Positions 1 to 10,504 of a stretch of DNA of 64,000 bases are shown piece after piece (position 1 is the stretch's first letter; the number at the start of each line of letters is the position of its first letter). The translations under genes and the position numbers were made by a program. Under the pieces are notes generated by a model, which saw only the letters and a list, made by a program, of their open reading frames with translations, had not been told where the DNA came from and ran no database searches. The stretch lies in the NCBI RefSeq assembly GCF_001194135.2, contig NC_068994.1, positions 3,409,751 to 3,473,750 on the forward strand. The letters are read 5' to 3'. The DNA is from Octopus bimaculoides (Eukaryota).

Positions 1-944
1 TAGATCCTTGTGAGTGGATTTTGTAGACGGAAACTAAAAGAAGCCTGTCGTATCTTAATTTACTCTACTGGACCACCCCTCCAGGTTTAAATATTTTGCT
101 TGTTGTAGATGTATGACCAATTTATTGCCTATAAACAAAATCTTGTCTGGCCCCACCAAAATCTTATAGGGAGCCTAGTCGAGAACTAGTGCTTTAAGCA
201 CACAATAGCCAGAGACAAACACACACATGGCTGTGTGGTTAAGAGTCTGCTTTAGAAAACCTTAGTTCCTGGTTCAGTCGCTTGTCATGGCACCTTGGTT
301 AAGTGCTTTCTCACTTCAAACTGGCCAAAATCTAGTAAGAGGGTTTAATAGACAGAATCTCCAGGAAGCTCATCATAAATATGTGTGTTTGGATGTTGAC
401 ATTGCTGAGTGACATTACAACCAGTTGCTGTTTTCAAAGACCTGTGAAATTTACGAGTCTCTTACTTGAAAAACAGTTAAGGGATGCTGACAGGAAGAGT
501 ATTTGGCTGTAAAACCCTGCCTCAACTCCTTAGATATAAAGCAAACTATATATGTATATATATTTAATTTTGTTTTCCATGTGCCATTCTTACACGGTTT
601 CTGTAAGAACGGCTTTTACATTATTTGTATGAATATCTCTAGCTGGCCAAGGCAGGCTGTTTTCATGGTGGACGAGTGTGGGGCACTGAAGAGTCGAAAT
701 GACCATCAGATATGAATATCTCTCACTCTCTTTCACTTCCTGTGTAATTTTGTTTTGCCTAGCTTTGAAGTATGCTGTGCTTTTAAATAATACATCTTTA
801 ATGGGGTCTACTCTCAACAAAGTACCACCGTTTCACAGCTTTTAAGCACACACATAAAGTGTTTACATTATATAAATTGCTTCAAACACAAATTCTAGTA
901 TATATTCATCATCGTTTAACGTCCATTTTACACACACACACAAA

Positions 945-1100
945 ATATGACAGGCTTCAATACGATTTCTGTCTACCAACGTCACTCACAAGGCAGTGGT
1001 GAGATCAAGGTTATATAGAAGACACTTGCCTGTAGTACCACACAGTGGGACTGAACCCAAACTATGTGGTTCCAATGTGAACTTCTTAACCACACAACAA
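945..1100 (-). mobile_element. SINE family A, 5' portion
   Basis: Reverse complement matches the head of 5204-5612. Confidence 0.7.
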
Positions 1101-2051
1101 CCAACAAAACAAACAAACAAACAAATAAATGAATAAAGTCAAAATTCTCATAAATTCCTGATATTCTCTTTTTTTTTTCTTTTTTTCTTGAAGCTTTGAA
1201 AATTTAATTTCAAACTGCAAAAAAAAAACATTCATACAGAGATAATGAGAAATAAATAAAACGGGAGGGGGGAGAGGGGAAAGAGAAAAATAAAAACGAA
1301 CCCACAAATAAATTCATTTTTGACCATGTAATTAAGGGAAGAAAAGTAAGGAAAAAGTATCAGATGGGACGACATCAGATATGATATACTGAGTGGTAGC
1401 CCTGCTTAAACAACACAACCTGGCCCTTAGCTGCCCTTTGATGGGATCAACTCTGTTGAATGTAGTCAGGCCTGCTCTACAATCTAAGATAACTTCCTCC
1501 CTTGTTCCTATTTGTCTCAGACACCCTAAAAAGGGTCAGAGATGGCTTGGTTCCCCTTTTAGCTGAGCCAATAAAAAGATACAACCACATCCTTCAGGAT
1601 CTGGCTGACTGTAGGGCTCCACTCAGAATGGGGTTTTAAGAATTATTTTCGAGGGGAATATTTCTGTTGGTGACAATGTGTTTGATGAAGACTAAGAAAG
1701 ATTTATTAAGTAAATGTCATTATTTGCCACATTTGGGTAGAGTTTTTACATACGTAAGCAGTGTGTGAAGCCTGGTATATATGTATATGTTTGTCATATT
1801 TACAGTATATAACATTACTTTACATATAAACGGAGGCTTCATTCAAAAGTTCATATCATGATACCCATCAGAAATTTTCTGTGGATAATGCTAAAAATAT
1901 TTTCAGTTTTTCAAAATATTTTCTTGTCTCACAAACAACAATCGCAGATTTCTAAATCCCATATTGTCTGGATAATGATTCAAGATGTAATGGAAAGATT
2001 TGATATAAAAGCAAAATAATAATAAGAATAACAATAACAATAATAATAATA

Positions 2052-2250
2052 ATGGTTTCAAATTTTGGCACAAGGCCAGGAATTTCGAGGGAAGGATTAA
2101 GTCGATTACATCGACCCCAATATTCAACTGGTACTTATTTTTATCAAGCCAGTAAGGATGAAAGGCAAAGTCGACCTCAGCGGAATTTGAACTCAGAATA
2201 TAAAGACAGACAAAATGCTTGGCAGCATTTTGCTCGGTGTGCTGACCGTA
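2052..2250 (-). mobile_element. SINE family B copy downstream of the ZNF1 stop, flanked by (TAA)n
   Basis: Reverse complement aligns along its length with 12528-12738. Confidence 0.8.
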
Positions 2251-2251
2251 A

Positions 2252-2306
<55 letters not shown>

Positions 2307-2314
2307 TAATAATG

Positions 2315-2345
<31 letters not shown>
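2252..2345 (+). repeat. (TAA)n microsatellite
   Basis: About 30 units with a few TGA interruptions. Confidence 0.95.
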
Positions 2346-2346
<1 letters not shown>

Positions 2347-2494
2347 TGGCTTTTTGGTCGATTGTACAGAATTTGAGGATGTGTATAGTTTGACAGAGGT
2401 CAGATGAACAAAACTTTGGTTTGGATATGTAACCGTTTACATATGACACACACACACACACATATAAAGGTATGAATACACACAGACATATATA

Positions 2495-2530
<36 letters not shown>

Positions 2531-2710
2531 TGTGTGTGAATATATATGTATATAAACATACATACCCGTGTATGTGTCTGTGTATGAACTGTATAAGTTT
2601 AGGATGTATTTCTGTATGGTTAATGTCGAGGTTTCGATTAGTTTGGTGTTTGTGAAAAATGAAGGATGAAATGAAGACCAAAACAAGCAGGGGCAGCGAT
2701 GGAAGTCTGA

Positions 2711-3159
2711 CTATTTGCTCTGTCTCAAAGTACATGGGAAGACACTGGGGGAATTAGTCCAACCTGTGCCCCAGGTAGGGGACATGGCAGGGAAACCTCT
2801 GGCCCAGGAATAACTATTTTCCCAGTTCTGAAGGGTCTGGTGACTGCATGTCGATGGGATACTCAATGGCTGCAGGATCAAGGTGGGAGGGTTTGGCTGC
2901 TGAATACCAACACCACCACCACCGCCACCACCACCACCGCCNNNNNNNNNNNNNNNNNNNNNNNNNNNNNNNNNNNNNNNNNNNNNNNNNNNNNNNNNNN
3001 NNNNNNNNNNNNNNNNNNNNNNNNNNNNNNNNNNNNNNNNNNNNNNNNNNNNNNNNNNNNNNNNNNNNNNNNNNNNNNNNNNNNNNNNNNNNNNNCTGTG
3101 AAGCATGTGGGGTGGAAGATGGTGCAGGGGTTGGGTGTTGCTGTTGTTGCTGTTGTTGT

Positions 3160-3225
<66 letters not shown>

Positions 3226-4646
3226 TGCTGTTGTTGTTGCTGTGTTGGTGGCGGCGGTGCTAGGGGTGGTGGTTGTTGCTGGGCTGCTGCCGCAGGGGGT
3301 GTCTCTACCGGCTGAGATGAAGAATGCTCACAATGGCTGGTGTTCTTTGTGGAACCTGCTCGAGGAGTGTAGGTCTTCCTGTTGGTCTCCTGGTTGGCTG
3401 CGAATGGCTTCTCTCCAGATTCCTGTGACTCAGCGTGATGGTGGTGGTGATGGTAATGGTGATGGTGGTGGTGGTGGTTACAGAAGTTTTGATGTCGGTT
3501 TTGAATCTTTGGTTCATTGTTTCGTTTGGGGGTGACTTTGTGTGCAGAGCAGCAGGTTGGAACAATTGGCGAGGTGGCTTTGCAGCTATGGACTAAACAG
3601 GTTGTAGCTGGAGCCGGCTGACAACATGGTGATGGAATCTTCTCACCTGTATGGGTTCGTTCATGAGTGTTCAGGTGAGCTCTTTGGCTAAATGATTTGT
3701 GACAATACACACAAGTGAATGGCTTCTCTCCGGTATGAGTTCTTTGGTGATTGTTCAAATGGTCGCGCTGACTAAATGCTTTCTTACACACATGACATTT
3801 GAATGGTTTTTCGCCGGTGTGAATGCGTTCATGAGTGTTGAGGTGGGCTTTCTGGCTAAACGACTTAAAGCACACGTCACAGTTGAATGGTTTCTCCCCT
3901 GTGTGAATCCGCTCATGGTTACGCAGGTAAGTTCTCTGACTAAAAGTTTTGTTACAGATGTAACAGCTGAATGCTTTCTCCCCTGTGTGGACCCTTTCAT
4001 GATTCCTTAGATGTGCACGCTGACTGAAAGCTTTCAAACAGAACGTGCAGCTGAAGGGTTTCTCTCCCGTGTGGACACGTTGATGGTTACTCAAGTGGTC
4101 CCTTTGAGCAAACGCTTTACAACACATGTGACATCGATAGGGTTTTTCTCCAGAGTGGACCCTCTCGTGGACTTTCAGGTGAATCTTTTGGCTGAAAGAT
4201 TTTGGACAAGACTCACACTGGAATGGTTTCTCTCCTGTATGGATGCGTTCATGGCTCTTCAAGTGGGCTCGTTGACAAAATGCTTTGCAGCAGTACGCAC
4301 AACTAAAGTGTTTGCCACCAGCAAATGCTACTTCATGATTGTTCAGATCTGCTCGTCTTGAGAAAGCCTTGCGACAAGTGTTGCACTTGTATGGCTTCTC
4401 CCCGTGTTTGTGATTATAATAAACCGGCTGCTCCATCACCACGGACTTACGATTATTTAAGCTCGAACCTTCCCTCGTTTCACTTGTGTCATCGCTGCTA
4501 CCAGGAATGTTGCTGTTATTGTTATTACTGTTATTGTTGTTGTTGTTGTTGTTGCTGTTGTCATTGTTGTCTTGCAGATGTAGACCACAAGTATGATAGT
4601 TTGGTGGTGGCACCATTGTAGGATATATGGGTTGGTCGGAATACAT
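2711..4646 (-). CDS. C2H2 zinc-finger protein ZNF1 (1 atypical + 8 canonical fingers; polyN, polyH, polyQ tracts), single coding exon interrupted by an assembly gap
   Basis: ORF 4646-> with CACC-ATG context. Eight CxxC-x12-H-x3-H fingers, mostly TGEKP-linked. The 155-N gap at 2942-3096 breaks the frame. The frame ending at TAG 2711-2713 encodes NSYSWARGFP...SVFPC, matching the ZNF2 C-terminus, so it is preferred over the ORF-track stop at 2814. Confidence 0.9.
2942..3096. other. Assembly gap (155 N) inside the ZNF1 CDS; other gaps at 13350-13359, 28257-28379, 61331-61340 and 62352-62534
   Basis: Runs of n, mostly abutting simple repeats. Confidence 0.99.
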
Positions 4647-5203
4647 GGTGCTTACCTTATTTGACAGGAAAACCTTCCAAAAATCCTTTTGACTTCAATT
4701 CCACTACAAATATATCTCAATAAACTTTACAATTCTCATTAAATATTTTTTCTAAAAAAAATCTTTTTCTTTCTTTAAATTAATTTTCTGTTCTCTCTCT
4801 CTCTCTCTCTAATCAATTTATTGATCACAAAGCTCACAGTTTACAAGATTTGGTAGATTCTCGTCAGAGGTGTTGTAGTTCTGGTGGTGGAGATGATGAT
4901 GGAACGTGCTCTTTCGTGTAACTTTATATCGATATAAACAGTTGGCAGGACAGCAGTAGAAGACAGCCATTTAGATGGAGATCTGAAACAGAGAAGGTGG
5001 CCATTAATATTTCTAATAAAACACCAGCACATGTTGTTCACCCCTGACCCATCACAAACAGCAAAGCATGAAACTGAAACACTTCAATCTGTATTAGTTG
5101 ACATGAAACCAATGCTAACTTTCTAACCAGTTCTATGCCAAGAGCAAGGATATACTATATGACTAGATGAAACATATATAGATATATATATGTAATAAGT
5201 ACA

Positions 5204-5612
5204 GGCGTAGCTGTGTGGTAAGAAGCTTGCTTCCTAGCTTCATGGTTTCAGGTTCAGTCCCACTGTGCAGCACCTTGGGCGAGTGTCTTCTACTCGCCTC
5301 AGGTCGGCCGAAGCCTTGTGAGTGGATCTGATAGACAAAACCTGAAAGGAGATCATCATATACTATATATATGTGTGTGTGTGTGTGTGCATATGTCTGT
5401 GTGTGTGTATGTGTCTTTGTGCCAGTGTTTGTCCCCCACCACCGCCACTCAACAACCGACGTTGGTGTGCTTACATCCCTATAACTTAGCAGTTTCATAA
5501 AAGTACTATTCTTTAAAAAAAATCAAGTACTGGGGTGGTTCAACCAACTTAAAATTCTTCAAGGTGATGTCCCAGCATGGCCACAGTCTAATCACATACA
5601 AGAAAAAAGACA
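5204..5612 (+). mobile_element. tRNA-derived SINE family A, near full-length copy
   Basis: A-box TAGCTGTGTGG, B-box GGTTCAGTCCC, internal (TG)n. Homologous pieces at 1-55(+), about 945-1100(-), 23247-23450(+), 24390-24600(-) and 58686-58830(-). Confidence 0.8.
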
Positions 5613-5964
5613 AAAGATATTATATATATATATATATACATACACACAATACATTGAATATTGTGTGGACGGAAATCCCAGGTATAATTGACTTAATTTA
5701 AGTCTGCTAATTTAGATAGTCAAAGGTTGTGATGTCACCTTGATGTAATGGTTAACAGCTTCACAGCTTCCAGCAGAGGTGACACTGAAATCTCAGAGGC
5801 AGTGCTACAGCCTCTTCCAATCTTTTTCTATATTAGATGTGTGTGAGGTGTGGATAGATGGCTAAATAGACAGACAAACAGATATAGATATAGTTGTCAG
5901 TAGAGATCAGGGAGAAAGAGGAGAAAAGGGAGGAGAGAGAGAAAGAAAGAAAGAAAGATACAAA

Positions 5965-6388
5965 CAAAACATTTGAGGATGTTCTGTGATTTGTACCTTT
6001 TTCACAGGTGGCTGATGACATTTCAAGATGTCAATTTTGTCTTTTAAAGAAAGGGAGAAAGAGAGAAAGACAAGAAAAGAAAAACAAGAAAGACAGGGAG
6101 AAAAGGGCTTCTTTTCAAGTGCATTGCATCAATGTGGTCAGCCTGTTGAAGTTTTAATTAGAATTCAAGATGTCAGCATTGATTCAGTCAGTTTTTGAAA
6201 GCATCTCTGAGTTCGTGTGTGTATATGTTATATACACATATGCAATGTGTGTATAATATATATATTATGAGAATGTGGTAGATAGATGTGTATGTATGTG
6301 AATATTTACAAACATTGAGAGAGAGAGATTCTTTGGGTGTATAGTGTGTATGTATGTATGTATATATGTTAATATGTATATAATGAGA

Positions 6389-6426
<38 letters not shown>

Positions 6427-6672
6427 TGCTTTCAAAAACAATGACTAAATCAATGCTGACATCTTGAATTGTAATTAAAACTTCAGCAGGCTGACCATAT
6501 TGATTCAATACAATTGAAAAGAAGCCCTTCTCTCTCTCTCTCTTTCTGTCCTTTTGTTCTTTTTTATCTGTCTTCTTTTTCTTTAAAGGACAAAATTTGA
6601 CATCTTGAATTGTCATTATCATCAGCTGCCTCTATGGAAAAGCTATAAATCACAGATCATCTCCAAACATCC
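5965..6672. repeat. Long imperfect inverted repeat (arms about 5965-6208 and 6421-6672) around a microsatellite spacer
   Basis: AAGGGCTTCTTTTCAA, GGTCAGCCTG.TGAAGTTTTAATTA.AATTCAAGATGTCAGCATTGATT and TTTTTGAAAGCATCTCT are present in both arms in opposite orientation. Confidence 0.88.
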
Positions 6673-7133
6673 TTTCTTTCTTTTCTCTTCTCTCTCCTTC
6701 CTCACCTCCCTTCCTTCCTCTCTCTAGAAACTCACATATAGACAACAAAAATCCTCTTTTAGATTTGTATAAAAAGGGCAAGAGATTTTCTGTAAAACTT
6801 ATATCTGAGGAGTCTCCATGAATGAGATGAAAGTGCTAATAAAGAATTATCCAAAATTCTGACTGCCTCCTTTTCCTGTATATATAAAATCTGTACATCA
6901 CTTCAAACAATCTACACACACACACACACACATAGTTGAATCAAATTTGACTAAATTTGGGTGCAATGAAGTGTGGAAACGATTGCAGAGATTTGAAATA
7001 AAGAATGTTGTTTAATCCACTTTCTATCATTCTCTCGAAGAACGCAAGACTTGGTATCGCTGGTGGAGAGCATCTTGAAATGCAGGGCTGCTGTCCAGCC
7101 ATCAGACCCATGGTCTTTCCAGACCAACCATAT

Positions 7134-7196
<63 letters not shown>

Positions 7197-7889
7197 TTGC
7201 AAGTATATGTATGCCTAAATGTTGTTTTCAGATGCCTTCATTCAGACCATTTCAACAAAAACAATTTTGTTTTAAATTCTCCAGTAAACCCCCACATCCA
7301 CCCCATAGTTTGAGAGACTGCATCAGTTTCAATGTGTGAGGACCAGTGGAATGAAAATACCTTACTTAAAAAAAACAGTTAAATGTTGATGACAGGAAGA
7401 GCATCCAGTCATAGACTATCTACCTCAACAAGTTTCACCCAATGCATGCCAATACAGAAAAACAGACACAAAACTCATGTTGAGAATGATGATAGCTACA
7501 CCTGAAGATTGTAGCAGGTAGAGTGCTGTGAAGCACCTATGCCCAGGTAAGCTCAGTTCCTCTGCATGTTTACAATTGTATTATATGCACTACAAGGTGT
7601 ATATATGTGTCCTCCATTCACTCTTGCAACTTCAACCCACCCACACTCCTAATTCGTCTGTCTCCTATTTACTCTTGTACCTCGAGGGTCCACCCAGAAA
7701 CTTCAATCACTTCCACCCTCTCTTCTCAAATCTGAGCAGTCATTTATCTCCTCACAAGTAAGAAAACCGTTTCTGCTCTGGCTCCTCGTCTCAAACCTTA
7801 ATTCCACATCTCCTAGCCTAAAGCTGTTTCTCTCAAGGTTTTTGTAGTCTTGCAAGCTCCATGACAACCTCACTAATGCTGATGCCATG

Positions 7890-8055
7890 TAAAAAGCACA
7901 TAGCACACTCTGTTAAGGGGTTGGCATTAGGAAGGGCATCCAGCTGTAGAAATCGGCCAAAAGCAGACACTGCATGAAGCAGTCATTGAACACATTGGAG
8001 CCTGCCAAACTGTCCAACCCATGCCAGCCTCGAAGATGGACGTTTAATGATGATC
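7890..8055 (+). mobile_element. Retroposon family C copy
   Basis: GGTTGGCATTAGGAAGGGCATCCAGCTGTAGAA...GGACGTTTAATGATGAT. Confidence 0.7.
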
Positions 8056-8147
8056 ACACATGCACACACACACGTGCAAAAATGACCCTTACAAATACGT
8101 GTGTGTGCGTATGTATACATACATACTGTTTTTGTTATTTCATTTAT

Positions 8148-8183
<36 letters not shown>

Positions 8184-8457
8184 CTTTTCCTTTTTGTCTT
8201 TGTTTCATGGAATGTGTGTCTATGCTGATGTAAGAGTCTAACTTTATCAACTAATCAGTTGTGTCTTTTCTGTGTGAATCTATCTTTGGTCTGTCTGTGT
8301 GTCTCTGAGATCCAGAAGAAAAAAACCCCACGAGAATGAAGACTGAGTAGATGGTGAAATAACATCAATGATGGTGGAGGAGGAAGGTGCTGATGGTGGT
8401 GGGGGTCTTGGTTTTTGGTTGTGGAGATGATAATAGTAAAATAGCAACGATAATGGG

Positions 8458-8521
8458 GATGATGTTGATGATGATGATGATGATGGCATTGGTAGTGATG
8501 GTGATGATGATGATGATGATG
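8458..8521 (+). repeat. (GAT)n microsatellite
   Basis: Interrupted GAT/GGT trinucleotide run. Confidence 0.9.
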
Positions 8522-8609
8522 GAACCGACCAAAGAAGAAAAGAATGCTGCTATTCGTTCTGGTGATTATTTCTCCCATTTTTTTTTTTAGATTCTAGTAA
8601 ATGATTTCA

Positions 8610-9412
8610 TGTGGAAAGATAGAAAGAATGAAAGAAAAAATATACATATAAGAAGAAATCAATGAAAGAAAGGAGAGAAAAAAAGAATTATAAGGGAACA
8701 GAATAAACGGAAATATAAAAAAAAATAATGGTGGTGGAAATGAGAGAGAGAGAGAGAGAGATAAGGGACAAGAAAATGTGAAAGAAAAAAATTGAAAAGA
8801 AAGGAAATGAAAAGATATAAAGGGACAAAAAGAAAAGGAAGAAAAAGAGAAAGAAAATTATATAAAAGAAATATACGAAGGAGGAGGAGGAGGAAGTAAA
8901 AGAAAAGGGAGGAGAAGACGAGATTAAGAAAAGAAAAGAAAATGGAGGTACGAGTAAGTAATAAGGAGAGAGAGGGGAGAGAAGAGAAGAGAAACAGGGA
9001 AAATGGGCAAAGGATAAGATAGGAAATAGAGAGAGAGGGGGAGAAGGAAAGAGAGATAATACAGAGTGAGGCAAGATAGAGGAAAGATAATGTATTAGAA
9101 GAGGAAAGAGAAAGTAAGAAAATGGATAATGTAATAGAGAGAGGGGGAGGAAAAGTAAGAGAGATACTCTACTAAGGAAGAAGAAAGATAAGGTAATGTA
9201 TTAAAGAGGGAAGAGATAAAACTAGATAATGTAATAGAGGGAGAGATTGTAGATAATGTATAACGAATATATATGTATTAGAGGGAGGGAGGGAGAGAGA
9301 GAGAGGATAATGTATGCCAGAAGGTAGAGAGAAAAGATGTGTAATGGAGGGGGGAGTAGATAATGCATTGGAGAGAGGGAGATATTGTATTAGAGAAGGA
9401 AAGAGGGTAAAA

Positions 9413-9483
<71 letters not shown>

Positions 9484-9545
9484 GAGAGAGGGATAATGTA
9501 TTACAGGAGAGGATGAGAGAAAACGAAAGATTAGCGGGAGATTTA
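8610..9545 (+). repeat. ~930-bp purine-rich (GA) low-complexity block with interspersed GATAATGTA motifs and (GA)n
   Basis: Almost C-free plus strand; exact GATAATGTA at 9086, 9125, 9225, 9252, 9306 and 9492. Confidence 0.85.
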
Positions 9546-10504
9546 TAGAAAAGGTAATTGATGTAGTGTATGATGACGATGGTGGAGATGAATATTTTGG
9601 TAATCTATAGTATGATGATGTTTACACCGAGGTCAGCCGGAGCGAGTAGAGACCTATAATCAGAGCTATTCCAGCGGTGACCATCCCATCTTCTTCCAAC
9701 GTGCAAGGAGTTAGCTGAGGACTACATGGAATGCTGCCTTTATTTCTATTTTTATTTGTCTAAGACGGTGATTTGAGGATGGTGAACGCTTCCTTCCTCC
9801 CACAACCCTGATGATGAGGAGATGGGGTTATGATGGTGATAGTTGTGAGATAAAGGGAACAGGACGAAGATAAATGAGAAAGGAAATACAAAGAGAAAGA
9901 GGCGACGTATTTAATAAATAATAGAGAACACCTGCAGCAGACATTGATAGAAAAAGTGGGAGGGACGATGGTGGTGGTGGTGACGGCGGTGAAGGAGAAA
10001 TTCAAAGGTTTGTAGAAAAAAAATTAAAGGTGAAATAGGGGTGTTTTATGTCTTGTTCTATAACCTTAGTGGGTACAGGAGATATTTTGGGGAGCTGAAG
10101 AGTGATGTTACAAGCTGATTCGACCCTAGTATATCGATGGTACTGATTTAATTGACCCCAGAGGGATTTTGAACCCCGAACGTAGGGGAGACAAACCGAT
10201 TCTGTGTTGTATATACTTCTTTCTCCCAGTCGGGCTACACACACGTTCACAAGGTAGGACCGATGAGATTGTGTGATGTTCATGCCTTCCTTAAAATCAT
10301 CAGGTGATGGAGCCTAGCACAAATGGAGGTCAGGAGGGAGGGGGGAGATATGAGTGATAGAATCGATCTAATTATTCTGTTGAGTTTATGACCCCGGACC
10401 GATGAAAATCGAAAGACAATCTCAATGTGATTCGAACGTAGATTATGGAAGACCCAAACTAAGCCACCAGATCGATTCTCACCACATTTGCCACACATAA
10501 GGGT

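Noticed and set aside
685-706. CTGAAGAGTCGAAA hammerhead-like core
   Set aside because: Stem II would be 1 bp with a 1-nt loop, and no stem I pairing is available.
2814-2941. ORF-track C-terminus of ZNF1 (RWWWWRWWWCWYSAAK...LGK*)
   Set aside because: The frame depends on an estimated gap length; the alternative frame matches the ZNF2 C-terminal motif, and poly-Trp is implausible.
2840-4621. ORFs overlapping ZNF1 (2840-3535, 2848-3315, 3699-4010, 4011-4361 and others), and similar ORFs over ZNF2, ZNF3 and ZNF4
   Set aside because: Antisense or alternative-frame shadows of trinucleotide repeats and periodic finger codons; no independent gene signals.
9055-9505. Repeat-spacer appearance resembling a CRISPR array
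   Set aside because: The repeat is only 9 bp, spacers are low-complexity and irregular, there are no cas genes, and the context is eukaryotic.
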